NCBI GenBank assembly: GCA_038317095.1
Contig: JBBQBB010000005.1
Span: forward strand, 20,022 to 84,021
Length of the DNA: 64,000 bases
Reading direction: 5' to 3'
From: Bacteroidia bacterium
Lineage (GTDB): Bacteria; Bacteroidota; Bacteroidia; NS11-12g; UBA955
The position numbers and the translations under genes are program-made. Below the pieces are notes generated by a model, which saw nothing but the letters and a program-made list of their open reading frames with translations, ran no database searches and was not told where the DNA came from. How positions within the stretch are numbered: the first letter of the stretch is position 1; every line of letters begins with the position of its first letter. Shown here piece by piece: positions 46,924 through 57,272 of the stretch.

Positions 46924-48188
46924 TGTTCGTAATAATTTAAATCTTTGTGAAAACTTTCTTTAATTGTTCTTGCACCCCATACTGCCAAGGCGATACAAAT
47001 TCCGCCAACAATAAATGCAGCCATACTTTTTGGATACGGGCCTAAATTCAAACCCGATAAAAATTCGAACAAAAGGGTAATTGGGATAACCCCACCTCTT
47101 ACAAAATTGGGAACCGTAGCGGTAACAGTGCTGCGAATATTGGTGCCAAACTGTTCGCTGGCATTGGTGACAAAAATTGCCCAATAACCTGTGGCTAATC
47201 CTAAGAAATAGGAAATAATTCGCAAATAATTTGCATCTACATTGTGCACTGTAAGGTAAACTGTAGATAATATACTAATGCCAATAAGGTTTAATAAAAT
47301 TACTTTTTTTCTACTTTGAAAAAGTTGGCTCAACAAACCACTGAGTAGGTCGCCACTGCTTAGTCCCAGATAACTAAACATAATTAATTCTTTGGTAGGC
47401 ACTTCTTGTCCTTTAAGTACGCCAATTTCGGGCAAAAATCTGTGTGCCAATGCTATCAGAACGCCAACTACAAACCATACTGGCAAACCTATTACAATGC
47501 ATGCAAGATATTTTTTAAATGTGGGCCACGTGCGAAAGAGCATAAAAAAATCTCCTTTTTTAACTGATGTCTCTTTGAGTCCTTGGAACATGCTACTTTC
47601 GAAAGTACTGGCGCGCAAAGCCAATAAAAGCAAACCCAATGTGCCACCCATAATGAATGAGATTTGCCAATTTTCGAGGTGGGTTCTAAAAATAGTTTCG
47701 AAAACTGGGGCTAAGAATTGACCTTTGGTGCTCACCAAAAAGGCAAATACAGCACCCAGTGCACCCACAGTAACTATTAACATTGTGCCAATTCCTCTTT
47801 TTTTCTGCGGAAGAGTCTCTGCCACTAAGGTAATGGCTGCACCCAACTCGCCAGCCAAACCAATGCCTGCAATAAAACGCCAAAGGGCATATGTGGTATA
47901 ATTATCTACAAATGCATTGGCAATATTGGCAATGCTGTATAAAAGAATACTGCCAAATAGTACCGACACTCTGCCCTTTTTATCGCCCCAAATGCCCCAC
48001 CATAAGCCTCCCAGTAGCATACCAGACATTTGCCACATAAACAAACTGCTTTCTTTGGCAATGGGAATGCCTAAGGCTTTTAGGCTATCCAATTTGATGA
48101 TATTGTAGAGTATAAGGTCATAGATATCCACAAAGTAGCCGAGGGATGCTACGAATATGAGCATTGCAATCTGTTGTTTCTTTGCCAT
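46920..48188 (-). CDS. MFS transporter
   Basis: 12-TM pattern with the MFS loop motif GDKKGRV. ATG 48188 (MAKKQQIAML) preferred over the track start. Confidence 0.85.
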   Translation of the reverse strand: MAKKQQIAMLIFVASLGYFVDIYDLILYNIIKLDSLKALGIPIAKESSLFMWQMSGMLLGGLWWGIWGDKKGRVSVLFGSILLYSIANIANAFVDNYTTYALWRFIAGIGLAGELGAAITLVAETLPQKKRGIGTMLIVTVGALGAVFAFLVSTKGQFLAPVFETIFRTHLENWQISFIMGGTLGLLLLALRASTFESSMFQGLKETSVKKGDFFMLFRTWPTFKKYLACIVIGLPVWFVVGVLIALAHRFLPEIGVLKGQEVPTKELIMFSYLGLSSGDLLSGLLSQLFQSRKKVILLNLIGISILSTVYLTVHNVDANYLRIISYFLGLATGYWAIFVTNASEQFGTNIRSTVTATVPNFVRGGVIPITLLFEFLSGLNLGPYPKSMAAFIVGGICIALAVWGARTIKESFHKDLNYYEQ

Positions 48189-48276
48189 GTGAATCAAGAA
48201 AGGCGCAATATGCACAAAAGATTGGTCATTTAAAATAGGGAGCAATTAAATACTTCATTTTTATTATTTTTGCAGG

Positions 48277-48885
48277 ATGTATAAAGGACATTTAGGGATG
48301 GCAGTATTGATGTTTGGATTGTTGTTTTCGCAAGCTTGTAAGAAAAAAACAACAACGGTGGATTCTGTTGTTTCTCCAGATAAGCAAATAAAAGGTTTGG
48401 TCTATGGTTCTGTAAATGGAAAGGCTTGGAATAGCGATGCCCCTACCAAAAAACATGTAGTGCATTACCAAGATAGCTTTTTTTCTTTTGATGAAAATAT
48501 ATATGGTACGGAATGTTCACTCTTTGGAGATACACTAACCCTTAACGCAGTTAGAGTTATAGGTACCGATTCTTCTCAGTTGCACATGGACATAGCGCTG
48601 AAAAGTGTGAGGGAAGGAAATTACACTATGCAAAGCTATCCGTTGAAGAATGCTGGAAAAGTATATGCTTGGTATTATAATAAAATGGGACTGAAAGCTT
48701 CAAGAATTTGTAAATCAGAGTATGATTTTTCAGGCACTTTAAATATTTCCAACTTTACGGACAGCACGGCGCTTGTGAGTGGTACATATTCGCTTAAAAT
48801 GACCCCTAAAAATACCAGCAATCCTAAAACGCCTGCATTTAACATTACGAATGGAAAGTTTACAGATGTTTATTTCGGACTTTAA
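48277..48885 (+). CDS. hypothetical lipoprotein
   Basis: LMFGLLFSQAC lipobox with an alternative ATG at 48298. No recognised domain. Confidence 0.65.
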   Translation: MYKGHLGMAVLMFGLLFSQACKKKTTTVDSVVSPDKQIKGLVYGSVNGKAWNSDAPTKKHVVHYQDSFFSFDENIYGTECSLFGDTLTLNAVRVIGTDSSQLHMDIALKSVREGNYTMQSYPLKNAGKVYAWYYNKMGLKASRICKSEYDFSGTLNISNFTDSTALVSGTYSLKMTPKNTSNPKTPAFNITNGKFTDVYFGL

Positions 48886-48933
48886 GGTTTTACATAAAAG
48901 AAAGTTTCCATTGATTCTGAAGCCGTTTCTTAG

Positions 48934-49425
48934 TTAAGCCAAAGTTTTGGCCAAAATGGCACAAATGCTTTCCAAGCCATTTAAGTCCTCCGCATCAAAG
49001 TCTGAAAAGTGAATACTATCGGCATCTAAAACGGCAACAATTGCCCCTTGATGGAAAACCGGCACCACGATTTCACTGTTGCTTTCGGCACTGCATGCAA
49101 TATGTCCAAGAAATTGATGAACATCCGCTACAATAATGGTTTTTTCAGTTTCCCAACATTGGCCACAAACCCCTTGGCCTTTAAGAATGCGGGTACATGC
49201 CACAGGGCCTTGAAACGGCCCAAGCACAAGCTCTTTGATATGTACCAAATAAAATCCAATCCACCACCAATCGAAAACCTGTTTTAAAACCGCGGCAATA
49301 TTGGCCATATTGGCTATCGTATTTTGCTCACCTGCGCACAAACCTTCTATAGCTGTAACGGCATAGTGATATTTTTCTTTTTTCGAGAATAATGTAAAAT
49401 TAATCACAGTTTTATTTTCTAACAT
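48934..49425 (-). CDS. GAF domain protein (free methionine-R-sulfoxide reductase-like)
   Basis: 163 aa with GFYLV...LVLGPFQGPVACTRI..GQGVCG typical of the YebR/fRMsr GAF family. Confidence 0.8.
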   Translation of the reverse strand: MLENKTVINFTLFSKKEKYHYAVTAIEGLCAGEQNTIANMANIAAVLKQVFDWWWIGFYLVHIKELVLGPFQGPVACTRILKGQGVCGQCWETEKTIIVADVHQFLGHIACSAESNSEIVVPVFHQGAIVAVLDADSIHFSDFDAEDLNGLESICAILAKTLA

Positions 49426-49509
49426 TTGGCAAATTTAAAGATTGGTATTAAGTTGCACATTTTTTCATGCGTAAATTATCTTAATTTTTTTTTAAGTTGA
49501 AAGTTTTAT

Positions 49510-52500
49510 ATGAATATGGAAGTATCAAGTAACAAACCCTTTGACGTAGTTTTTACATTTGTACGACATCCCTATTTTGGCATGTTGGTAGAAGCAAATG
49601 CAGTGCAGTTGCTTACCAACGGCGAATATTCATTAACATTTCAACGAATTCGTTTGCAAAATGCTGCATATTACCATCTCAATATAGACCAAACCGAAGC
49701 AGTAAAGCTGATTGAAGATTTTGAGGTGGATTCCATAATGAAGAAATTTTATGTGGGAACCAAAAAAATAAGACCCACTGAATTTTTTACCAAACATTAT
49801 GATGCTGAAGTCCATAAAAGAGTCAGGGAATACATCGAAAAGAAATTGGGCAAAGTGTTGGATTTTGTCAAAAATTACCCTCTATTCAATGCATTGCGCG
49901 CTGGTGTAGCTTCCAATAGCAGAGTGGTGTTTAGCGATGAACCTGCTACGGTTTTATTTCATTTTAGAAAAGATGAAAGCGGAATCAATTATTTTGCTAC
50001 AATTAAACACCAAAATGAAAGGGTTGAATTTTACCAAAATGAGAGTGAAGTTTTAACCAATAAACCAGCATGGTTGCTCACACCTAAGGGATTGTTGCAT
50101 TTTGGAAAATTTACCGATGGCAATAAAATAAGGCCATTTCTAAATAAAAAATTCATTCATGTTGAACCCAGAAATGAGGATCTTTATCTGGATAAATTTG
50201 TAAAACCTTTGCTTGAAAACCATGATGTATACGCAGTTGGTTTTGACATCATTACAGAACAATTTCATGCGGATCCAATCTTACGCCTGATGAAAGGGTT
50301 CGATGCCAAATTTTATTTGGGATTGTTTTTTAAATATGGAACATGGAGTTTTCCATACCATGTAAACAAAAGGGTAAATGTAAGCTTGGACAAAAAAAAC
50401 AATACTTTTCTATTTCACAGGATTCGGCGCAATTATAGTTGGGAAAATGATAAAATATCTGAATTAAAAGAGACAGGATTGGAAAATGCAGAAGGAAGTT
50501 TATTTCAACTTTCTAATTCTACAAACAGTTACGAGTTGTTAGAATGGCTTAATGAGAATGCTGAAACGCTGCGCCGAAGCGGATTCCGACTAGAGCAGGA
50601 GCAAACTGAAACCACTTGGTTCATAGGTGAAATTAGCATTGGGGTAACTGTAAATAAAAACAGCGACTGGTTTGATGTGCAAGCCTTGGTAAATTTTGGA
50701 AAATTTCAAATTCCGTTTACCCGTTTGCGCAAAAATATTTTAGAAAAAAAACGAGAATTTATTTTGCCAGATGGAACAGTGGCCATACTGCCAGAAGAAT
50801 GGTTTAGCCGTTTTGCGAGAATTGCACACCTTGGCGATTTAGAGGGGGAGTCTTTCCGTTTGAAAAATATGCACTTTTCTTTGCTTGATGATTTGTCTGT
50901 TTACCTAAAAGAAGAACAAAAAGCAAATCCGGGCTGGGAAAGTTTACTCATTGCAGGTAGTATCCCTAGCTATGAACTACCTGCAGGTTTGTATGCCACC
51001 TTGCGCACTTACCAAGAGGAAGGGTACAATTGGATACGCTTTCTTTTTGAACATAAAATGGGGGCCTTGTTGGCCGATGACATGGGATTGGGTAAAACAT
51101 TGCAAACCCTTGCCGTTTTGGAATATTTAAATGAACAAAGAAAGGAATCTGTAAAGCGAAAAAATAACAAACGCAATAGCGTTGAATTGGAAATTTCGGA
51201 AACAGTTGGTGTTAAATGCACAAATGGGCAATTTAATTTGTTTGATACGCCTGGGGTTATTGTAAATCCTAAAGAAATTGTGGATTTAGAATCTTTGCAA
51301 ACCATTCCGGGTCCTTGTATAGTCATTGCCCCCAAAAGTTTATTGTACAATTGGCAGAACGAAGCACGCAAATTTACCCCAGGTTTAAAAGTGGTTATTT
51401 ATGGTGGAGTTTCGCGCAGTAGAATGTTAAAACAATTGGAAGGTGCAGATGTGGTAATTATGAGTTATGGCACCATGCGCAACGACACAGAACTGCTTTC
51501 TCGGATTCAATTTCAATGCATAGTTTTGGATGAAAGCCAAGCCATAAAGAACCCCACTTCTTTAACCGCAAGAAGCCTGCTTAAATTGCATTCTGATTAT
51601 AAATTGGCTTTAACAGGTACGCCTATCGAAAACACGTTGTTGGATATTTGGAGCCAAATGAATTTTCTCAATCCAGGTTTGCTAGGCAGTTATGGGTATT
51701 TTGAAAAACAATTTATAAAACCCATAGAAAAAAATACAAGTGCAACCCGCACAACGGAACTGCGAAAAATATTAAATCCGTTTTTACTGCGTCGCACAAA
51801 AAAGCAAGTAGCTTCCGAATTGCCAGAAAAAATTGAAAAAATTCACTATTGCGAAATGGGCGAAGAGCAAGCCGCACTATACGATAAAATTAAAAGCCAA
51901 TACAGAAACGAAATATTAGAACATGTACAACAAGTGGGTATGGCCCGCAGTCGCCTTAAAATATTCAATGGGCTAATGCACCTTAGGCAATTGGCGCTGA
52001 ACCCGCTATTAAAAGATGAAGAATACCAAGGCAAAAGTGGAAAAGACGATGAAATATACCATATGTTGCTTCGTGCATTGGAGGGAGGGCATAAAGTATT
52101 GTTGTTTTCTCAGTTTGTTTCATACCTCAAAATCTACCGAGAATTGCTCGAAGGACAAGGCATTGAATATACCTATTTGGATGGAAGTATGGATGCCAAA
52201 CAAAGAGAACAAGCTATACATCAATTCCAAAATGACCCTAAAATTAGGGTGTTTTTATTGTCGCTAAGGGCTGGCAATAGTGGCATAAATTTAACGGAAG
52301 CGGATTATGTGTTTTTGGTAGATCCATGGTGGAATCCTTTTACCATGAAACAAGCAGAGGATAGGGCGCATAGAATTGGACAGAAGAAAACCGTTTTTTC
52401 CTATAAATTCATTACCAAAAATACTATTGAAGAGAAAATTCTGAAGTTGCAACAAAAGAAAATGGCCCTAGCCGATAGTATTTTGCCCGATGAAAATTCC

Positions 52501-52548
52501 ATATTTGCTACCCTTGATATTGGCGAACTTGAAGATTTGTTTACATAA
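49510..52548 (+). CDS. SNF2-family helicase with long N-terminal region
   Basis: 1012 aa with motifs LADDMGLGKTLQ, DESQAIKN and DPWWNP...QAEDRAHRIGQ. About 500 aa at the N-terminus are uncharacterised. Confidence 0.9.
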   Translation: MNMEVSSNKPFDVVFTFVRHPYFGMLVEANAVQLLTNGEYSLTFQRIRLQNAAYYHLNIDQTEAVKLIEDFEVDSIMKKFYVGTKKIRPTEFFTKHYDAEVHKRVREYIEKKLGKVLDFVKNYPLFNALRAGVASNSRVVFSDEPATVLFHFRKDESGINYFATIKHQNERVEFYQNESEVLTNKPAWLLTPKGLLHFGKFTDGNKIRPFLNKKFIHVEPRNEDLYLDKFVKPLLENHDVYAVGFDIITEQFHADPILRLMKGFDAKFYLGLFFKYGTWSFPYHVNKRVNVSLDKKNNTFLFHRIRRNYSWENDKISELKETGLENAEGSLFQLSNSTNSYELLEWLNENAETLRRSGFRLEQEQTETTWFIGEISIGVTVNKNSDWFDVQALVNFGKFQIPFTRLRKNILEKKREFILPDGTVAILPEEWFSRFARIAHLGDLEGESFRLKNMHFSLLDDLSVYLKEEQKANPGWESLLIAGSIPSYELPAGLYATLRTYQEEGYNWIRFLFEHKMGALLADDMGLGKTLQTLAVLEYLNEQRKESVKRKNNKRNSVELEISETVGVKCTNGQFNLFDTPGVIVNPKEIVDLESLQTIPGPCIVIAPKSLLYNWQNEARKFTPGLKVVIYGGVSRSRMLKQLEGADVVIMSYGTMRNDTELLSRIQFQCIVLDESQAIKNPTSLTARSLLKLHSDYKLALTGTPIENTLLDIWSQMNFLNPGLLGSYGYFEKQFIKPIEKNTSATRTTELRKILNPFLLRRTKKQVASELPEKIEKIHYCEMGEEQAALYDKIKSQYRNEILEHVQQVGMARSRLKIFNGLMHLRQLALNPLLKDEEYQGKSGKDDEIYHMLLRALEGGHKVLLFSQFVSYLKIYRELLEGQGIEYTYLDGSMDAKQREQAIHQFQNDPKIRVFLLSLRAGNSGINLTEADYVFLVDPWWNPFTMKQAEDRAHRIGQKKTVFSYKFITKNTIEEKILKLQQKKMALADSILPDENSIFATLDIGELEDLFT

Positions 52549-52736
52549 ACCCATACAATTACTGAATGTTTATTCTGTAAGTATACTTAACCTAAGTAAT
52601 TGATTGTTATTGTTATATAATGATTTTTTAAACCATTTTAGAATTAAAATAGTATAAAAAATAAAAAAATAAAAAATATATTTGCTATAATGGGATAAAC
52701 AAAGCAAATTTGACAACATTTATAAATTTTAAGAGG

Positions 52737-53501
52737 ATGCAAGCTATGGGAAACGAATATCAGGATGAAAAACCAGTAAAAATTGAAGAGGGTTGGTTGG
52801 ATGTTTTAAAAGATGAATTTGCAAAACCCTATTTTGGTTATTTAAAACAATTTTTACTAAAAGAAAAACAAGCAGGATATGTAATCTATCCTCCAGGTTC
52901 CCGCATATTTGCAGCATTTAACAAAACCCCTTTTGACGAAGTAAAATGTGTAATTGTAGGTCAAGATCCTTACCACGGGCCAAGGCAAGCGAATGGCTTG
53001 TGTTTTTCGGTAAATGACGGCCAGAAAAAACCGCCCAGTTTGGTTAATATTTTCAAAGAATTACAAAATGATCTTGGATTTGCAGTTCCGTATTCAGGCA
53101 ATTTAGAGAAGTGGGCAGAGAACGGCGTGCTTTTGCTGAATACCATATTAACCGTGCGGGCTGGACAGCCTAAAAGTCACCATGGGCATGGATGGGAAGA
53201 TTTTACAGCCAAAGCCATTGAAGAGCTTTCCATGAATAAAGAACATTTGGTGTTTATTTTGTGGGGCCGCGAAGCCCAAGAAAAAGAAATTTTGATTGAC
53301 CCCTACAAACATTTTGTGCTCAAATCACATCACCCAAGTCCTTATTCGGCCGAGAAGGGGTTTTTTGGAAACCACCATTTTTCCCGCACCAATGAATGGC
53401 TAGAAAGCCATGGTATAGGGGCTATTAATTGGAATTTGGTAGATGCTAACATTGAATCTGCGACAGATAGTGATTTCAACGAGGAACAAGTGGACTTTTA
53501 A
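52737..53501 (+). CDS. ung: uracil-DNA glycosylase
   Basis: VIVGQDPYHGPRQANGLCFSV and HHPSPYS motifs. ATG 52737 preferred over TTG 52710. There is an acidic ~25-aa C-terminal tail. Confidence 0.92.
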   Translation: MQAMGNEYQDEKPVKIEEGWLDVLKDEFAKPYFGYLKQFLLKEKQAGYVIYPPGSRIFAAFNKTPFDEVKCVIVGQDPYHGPRQANGLCFSVNDGQKKPPSLVNIFKELQNDLGFAVPYSGNLEKWAENGVLLLNTILTVRAGQPKSHHGHGWEDFTAKAIEELSMNKEHLVFILWGREAQEKEILIDPYKHFVLKSHHPSPYSAEKGFFGNHHFSRTNEWLESHGIGAINWNLVDANIESATDSDFNEEQVDF

Positions 53502-53586
53502 TTAAGCACATTCTGTTTGGCAGTTCTAACATTTGTGAATATGTTTTTGGTGGTGTAATGAAAGCGAAATTCTTATTTTGTAAGCA

Positions 53587-54285
53587 ATGGAATATCCCAT
53601 TCAATTGGCCAATGCCACTATAATACAAGGTAGAATTCCGGTATTAAACAATGTAAATCTTACCGTTTCTAGGTGTGAATTTGCTTTTCTAGTAGGCAAA
53701 ACAGGTTCTGGCAAATCTTCTTTATTAAAAACATTTTACGGTGAATTGCCCTTAAGTGATGGCACGGGAAATGTTGGCGAATTTGCATTGCAATCTTTAA
53801 AAACCAGTCAAATACCCAAATTGCGGCGGCACATAGGAATTGTGTTTCAAGATTTTCAATTGTTAACTGATCGCAATGTGATTGACAACTTGTTGTTTGT
53901 ATTAAGGGCAACTGGTTGGTCTGACAAGCAAAAAATGCTAGAAAGAGCTACTGAAGTATTACAAAAAGTTGGCTTGCAGACCAAGGATTATAAAATACCA
54001 GCGGAATTAAGTGGTGGAGAGCAGCAGAGGGTGGTAATTGCCCGCGCGCTGTTAAACAAACCCGACGTAATTCTAGCAGATGAACCGACTGGAAACCTGG
54101 ATCCTGAAGTTAGCGATGAAGTGATGGAACTTTTGCAAAATATTTGTAAAGAAGGCACTGCGGTTTTAATGGCCACCCACGATTATCGTTTGATTGAGAA
54201 GTATGGTGGAACCATATATAGGGTTGCTGCAGGCAGGGTAGAAAAGATTGATAGCTTGGGCAGTTTAACGAGGACGAATGGATAA
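53587..54285 (+). CDS. ftsE: cell-division ABC ATPase FtsE-like
   Basis: Walker A GKTGSGKSS, signature LSGGEQQR and Walker B ILADEPTGNLD. No permease gene is adjacent. Confidence 0.8.
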   Translation: MEYPIQLANATIIQGRIPVLNNVNLTVSRCEFAFLVGKTGSGKSSLLKTFYGELPLSDGTGNVGEFALQSLKTSQIPKLRRHIGIVFQDFQLLTDRNVIDNLLFVLRATGWSDKQKMLERATEVLQKVGLQTKDYKIPAELSGGEQQRVVIARALLNKPDVILADEPTGNLDPEVSDEVMELLQNICKEGTAVLMATHDYRLIEKYGGTIYRVAAGRVEKIDSLGSLTRTNG

Positions 54286-54296
54286 AAACAAAATGG

Positions 54297-55925
54297 TTAT
54301 TTAGGCAATACCCGGTGAATGTAAATTCGGCCATAATAGGATTGGAATGAATCTACTTTTAAGGTTTTGTATTGGAGAAAAAATGTAGCATTTAAATCCC
54401 CGTTTAAAATACTTTTTCTACTCATAGGCGCTGGATGGTTTATACAATCTGTGTATATTGCAGTGCTATCTTTAAATAAGTTTCGGATGTAATTTTCCAA
54501 CAATGGATTGTTTTGAAAATCGGCTGGAGATTTAACAATTTTTATATTGTCATTGTGTTTTTCTCGTAGATGATTTCTCTTGCCCATTGGTTCAGAGAAA
54601 TCCATATAGTTTTCCAACAATATTTTGTCATACCCAATAAACGTATGGTTGCCGTGTGACTGTAATTTGGCACTTAGAGATTGTGTGTTTTCAAAGTTTA
54701 AAAAATGGTTGGGTATAATTGCTATTGCCAAATTCCAAATCAACAACGAGGCTGCAAGGAATACTATGGGTAAAGGTTTTACAGAGAAATTAAGCGCAAA
54801 ATACAAAATCAACAATAAGGGTAACATCACCATAAATTCAGCATTTCCTTCCGAAAACCATGCGAATCCAAATTGCAAAACAAACGCAAGGAGGATGGCA
54901 TTTTGAACGACAGAATACTCTCTTTTGGGTATCTTTTTGTATTTGTATTTGAAGGTAAAATAAAAGGCTGAAATGCATAAAATAAGGGAAATTAAAATAG
55001 CCATTTTGGCAATAAAAAAATCATGAATGAATAAATATATATTTCCATGTACTTGATAAAAACTCCGAACAAAATTGATGCCCGTCATTTTGAAATTAAC
55101 CAAGCCAGGTTTGAGGTTTACAAGGCCCTCTTGAACATCGCCAAGCCACCATTGCCCCAATGTTTTGTGGAAATAAGCTGCGCCAATCCAATTGATAAAA
55201 AAAAACAAAATAGCAAAACATACAGGAACGATAAACTCCATTTTGATCCGGTGTTTTTTACGCCAAAGTGCCAGTGTAGCTGCAGTAGCCCAGAATATGT
55301 GGATTTGGTGAAATCCAATAGCTACCGTCAAGCATAAGTATGCAAAAAACAGTTGGCTATATTTGGGTATAAGTTCATATCTGGCTAAGAAATATATGCC
55401 TAGTAAAGAAAAAAAGATAGGAATGATATAGGTTTCATTTTCGGTGGCAAAACGCATAAACCCGAAACAACTTCCAGCAAATAATACCCAAATCCACGGG
55501 TTTATTGCTTTTTGCGATTGCAGCAATTTACCCAATACCAACAAAGTGCCAGCAGCAAAAAACGCGTTCAAAATTTTTAATGTGGCTAGGGTGATTTTAC
55601 TGCCCAATAGGTTGAAAAAGAAGGCAGCCAACAAATCATACAACGCATGGTGACCCCCAATCTCTGTGTTGCATGCATAGCCATAAGCATCGCTAGTGCT
55701 ATTTGTGGTGGGCAAACATAAATACAACAAAGTGAAAGCAAGAACTACGTAGGTGGCAATATTTGCTTCTTTAATGTCTCTCAAACCCTGCAAATATGAA
55801 GAATAATTGCCCAATTTGGAGAATCTATTGTGAATGTAACATTTCAAGATGAATTTCGCAGTGTGATTCCAGCCGCCGATAAATCGATATTTGACCTCCT
55901 TATGAAAACTGCAGATTCTAGCCAA
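54297..55925 (-). CDS. polytopic membrane protein (possible GT-C-like glycosyltransferase; function unknown)
   Basis: About 12 predicted TMs plus a ~110-aa soluble C-terminus. The only in-frame ATG (55925) overlaps the divergent CCA gene by 96 nt, so a TTG at 55814 is a plausible true start. Confidence 0.7.
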   Translation of the reverse strand: MARICSFHKEVKYRFIGGWNHTAKFILKCYIHNRFSKLGNYSSYLQGLRDIKEANIATYVVLAFTLLYLCLPTTNSTSDAYGYACNTEIGGHHALYDLLAAFFFNLLGSKITLATLKILNAFFAAGTLLVLGKLLQSQKAINPWIWVLFAGSCFGFMRFATENETYIIPIFFSLLGIYFLARYELIPKYSQLFFAYLCLTVAIGFHQIHIFWATAATLALWRKKHRIKMEFIVPVCFAILFFFINWIGAAYFHKTLGQWWLGDVQEGLVNLKPGLVNFKMTGINFVRSFYQVHGNIYLFIHDFFIAKMAILISLILCISAFYFTFKYKYKKIPKREYSVVQNAILLAFVLQFGFAWFSEGNAEFMVMLPLLLILYFALNFSVKPLPIVFLAASLLIWNLAIAIIPNHFLNFENTQSLSAKLQSHGNHTFIGYDKILLENYMDFSEPMGKRNHLREKHNDNIKIVKSPADFQNNPLLENYIRNLFKDSTAIYTDCINHPAPMSRKSILNGDLNATFFLQYKTLKVDSFQSYYGRIYIHRVLPK

Positions 55926-57269
55926 ACAAAGGCTTGGGTGGTAGGCGGGTATGTGAGAGATTTGATATTGGGTCGACCTACAAAGGACATAGATGTGGTG
56001 GTTTTAGGCAGCGGAATAGACTTTGCCCAAAAATTTGCCAATGAAATACATGGCGTAAAACATGTCGCATTTTTTAAAAATTTCGGAACTGCCCAAGTTA
56101 AAACTGGCGATTGGATCATCGAATTTATAGGGGCAAGAAAAGAAAGTTACCAGAGAGAATCGAGAAAACCATTGGTAGAGAATGGAACGTTGGAAGATGA
56201 TAGAAACCGGCGCGATTTTACGATCAACGCAATGTATTTGTCACTAAACCCAGAAGACGCGGGTGCACTTACAGATCCTTTCAACGGTATCCAGGATTTG
56301 CAAGACAAGGTAATTCGCACTCCCGGTAACCCTGACATTACATTTAGCGACGATCCGCTTAGAATGATGAGAGCCATTCGGTTTGCAACTAGATTAGACT
56401 TTACTATAGATCCTGTAGTTTTTGAAAACATCAAAAAAAATGCCAAGCGCATAGAAATAGTATCGCAAGAAAGAATTACAGAAGAATTAAATGGCATTAT
56501 ACTATGCAATCAGCCTGGTCGAGGTTTTGAGATGTTGTTTGATACAGGTTTGTTGCAAATCATTTTTCCCGAACTCACAGCGATGCAGGGCATAGAAACG
56601 CGGGATGGGAAGAGCCATAAGGACAATTTTTACCATACCCTGCAGGTTTTAAATCAGCTTTGCGTGCTAAGTAATGACCTATGGCTTCGCTGGGCTGCCA
56701 TATTGCATGACATTGCTAAGCCAGCAACCAAAAGGTTCGAACCAGGCAATGGATGGACTTTTCACGGGCATGAAGACCGAGGCTCTAAAATGGTAAAAAC
56801 TATTTTTAGACGCATGCGATTGCCGTTGGATGAAAAAATGCGGTTTGTAGAAAAGCTGGTGGCGCTGCATTTGCGACCCATAGTGCTAGGGCAAGAAATT
56901 GTAACAGACAGTGCAGTGCGTAGGCTAATCGTAGATTCGGAAGAAGCCTTAGATGGGTTGATGAAACTTTGCAGGGCAGATATTACGAGTAAAAATGCGA
57001 ATAAAGTCGCTAAGCATTTGCGCAACCTAGACAAGGTTCAGGAAAAAATAAATGACCTAATAGAACGCGATAAAATGCGCAATTGGCAGCCAGTAATTAC
57101 AGGCCATCACATTATGGACTCATTTGAAATTCGGGACCACCGGATAATTGGTGATTTAAAAGATGTGGTGCGCGAAGCCATTCTTGAAGGCGAAATTCCC
57201 AATGAATTGGAACCAGCAATGGAATTGATGGTGAAAAAAGGGTTGGAGTTGGGATTGAGGCGGAAATGA
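55830..57269 (+). CDS. CCA-adding tRNA nucleotidyltransferase with HD domain
   Basis: WVVGGYVRDLILGRPTKDIDV, RRDFTINA and the HD region ILHDIAKP. GTG start at 55830, with an in-frame stop at 55797. Confidence 0.88.
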   Translation: MNVTFQDEFRSVIPAADKSIFDLLMKTADSSQTKAWVVGGYVRDLILGRPTKDIDVVVLGSGIDFAQKFANEIHGVKHVAFFKNFGTAQVKTGDWIIEFIGARKESYQRESRKPLVENGTLEDDRNRRDFTINAMYLSLNPEDAGALTDPFNGIQDLQDKVIRTPGNPDITFSDDPLRMMRAIRFATRLDFTIDPVVFENIKKNAKRIEIVSQERITEELNGIILCNQPGRGFEMLFDTGLLQIIFPELTAMQGIETRDGKSHKDNFYHTLQVLNQLCVLSNDLWLRWAAILHDIAKPATKRFEPGNGWTFHGHEDRGSKMVKTIFRRMRLPLDEKMRFVEKLVALHLRPIVLGQEIVTDSAVRRLIVDSEEALDGLMKLCRADITSKNANKVAKHLRNLDKVQEKINDLIERDKMRNWQPVITGHHIMDSFEIRDHRIIGDLKDVVREAILEGEIPNELEPAMELMVKKGLELGLRRK

Positions 57270-57272
57270 AGA

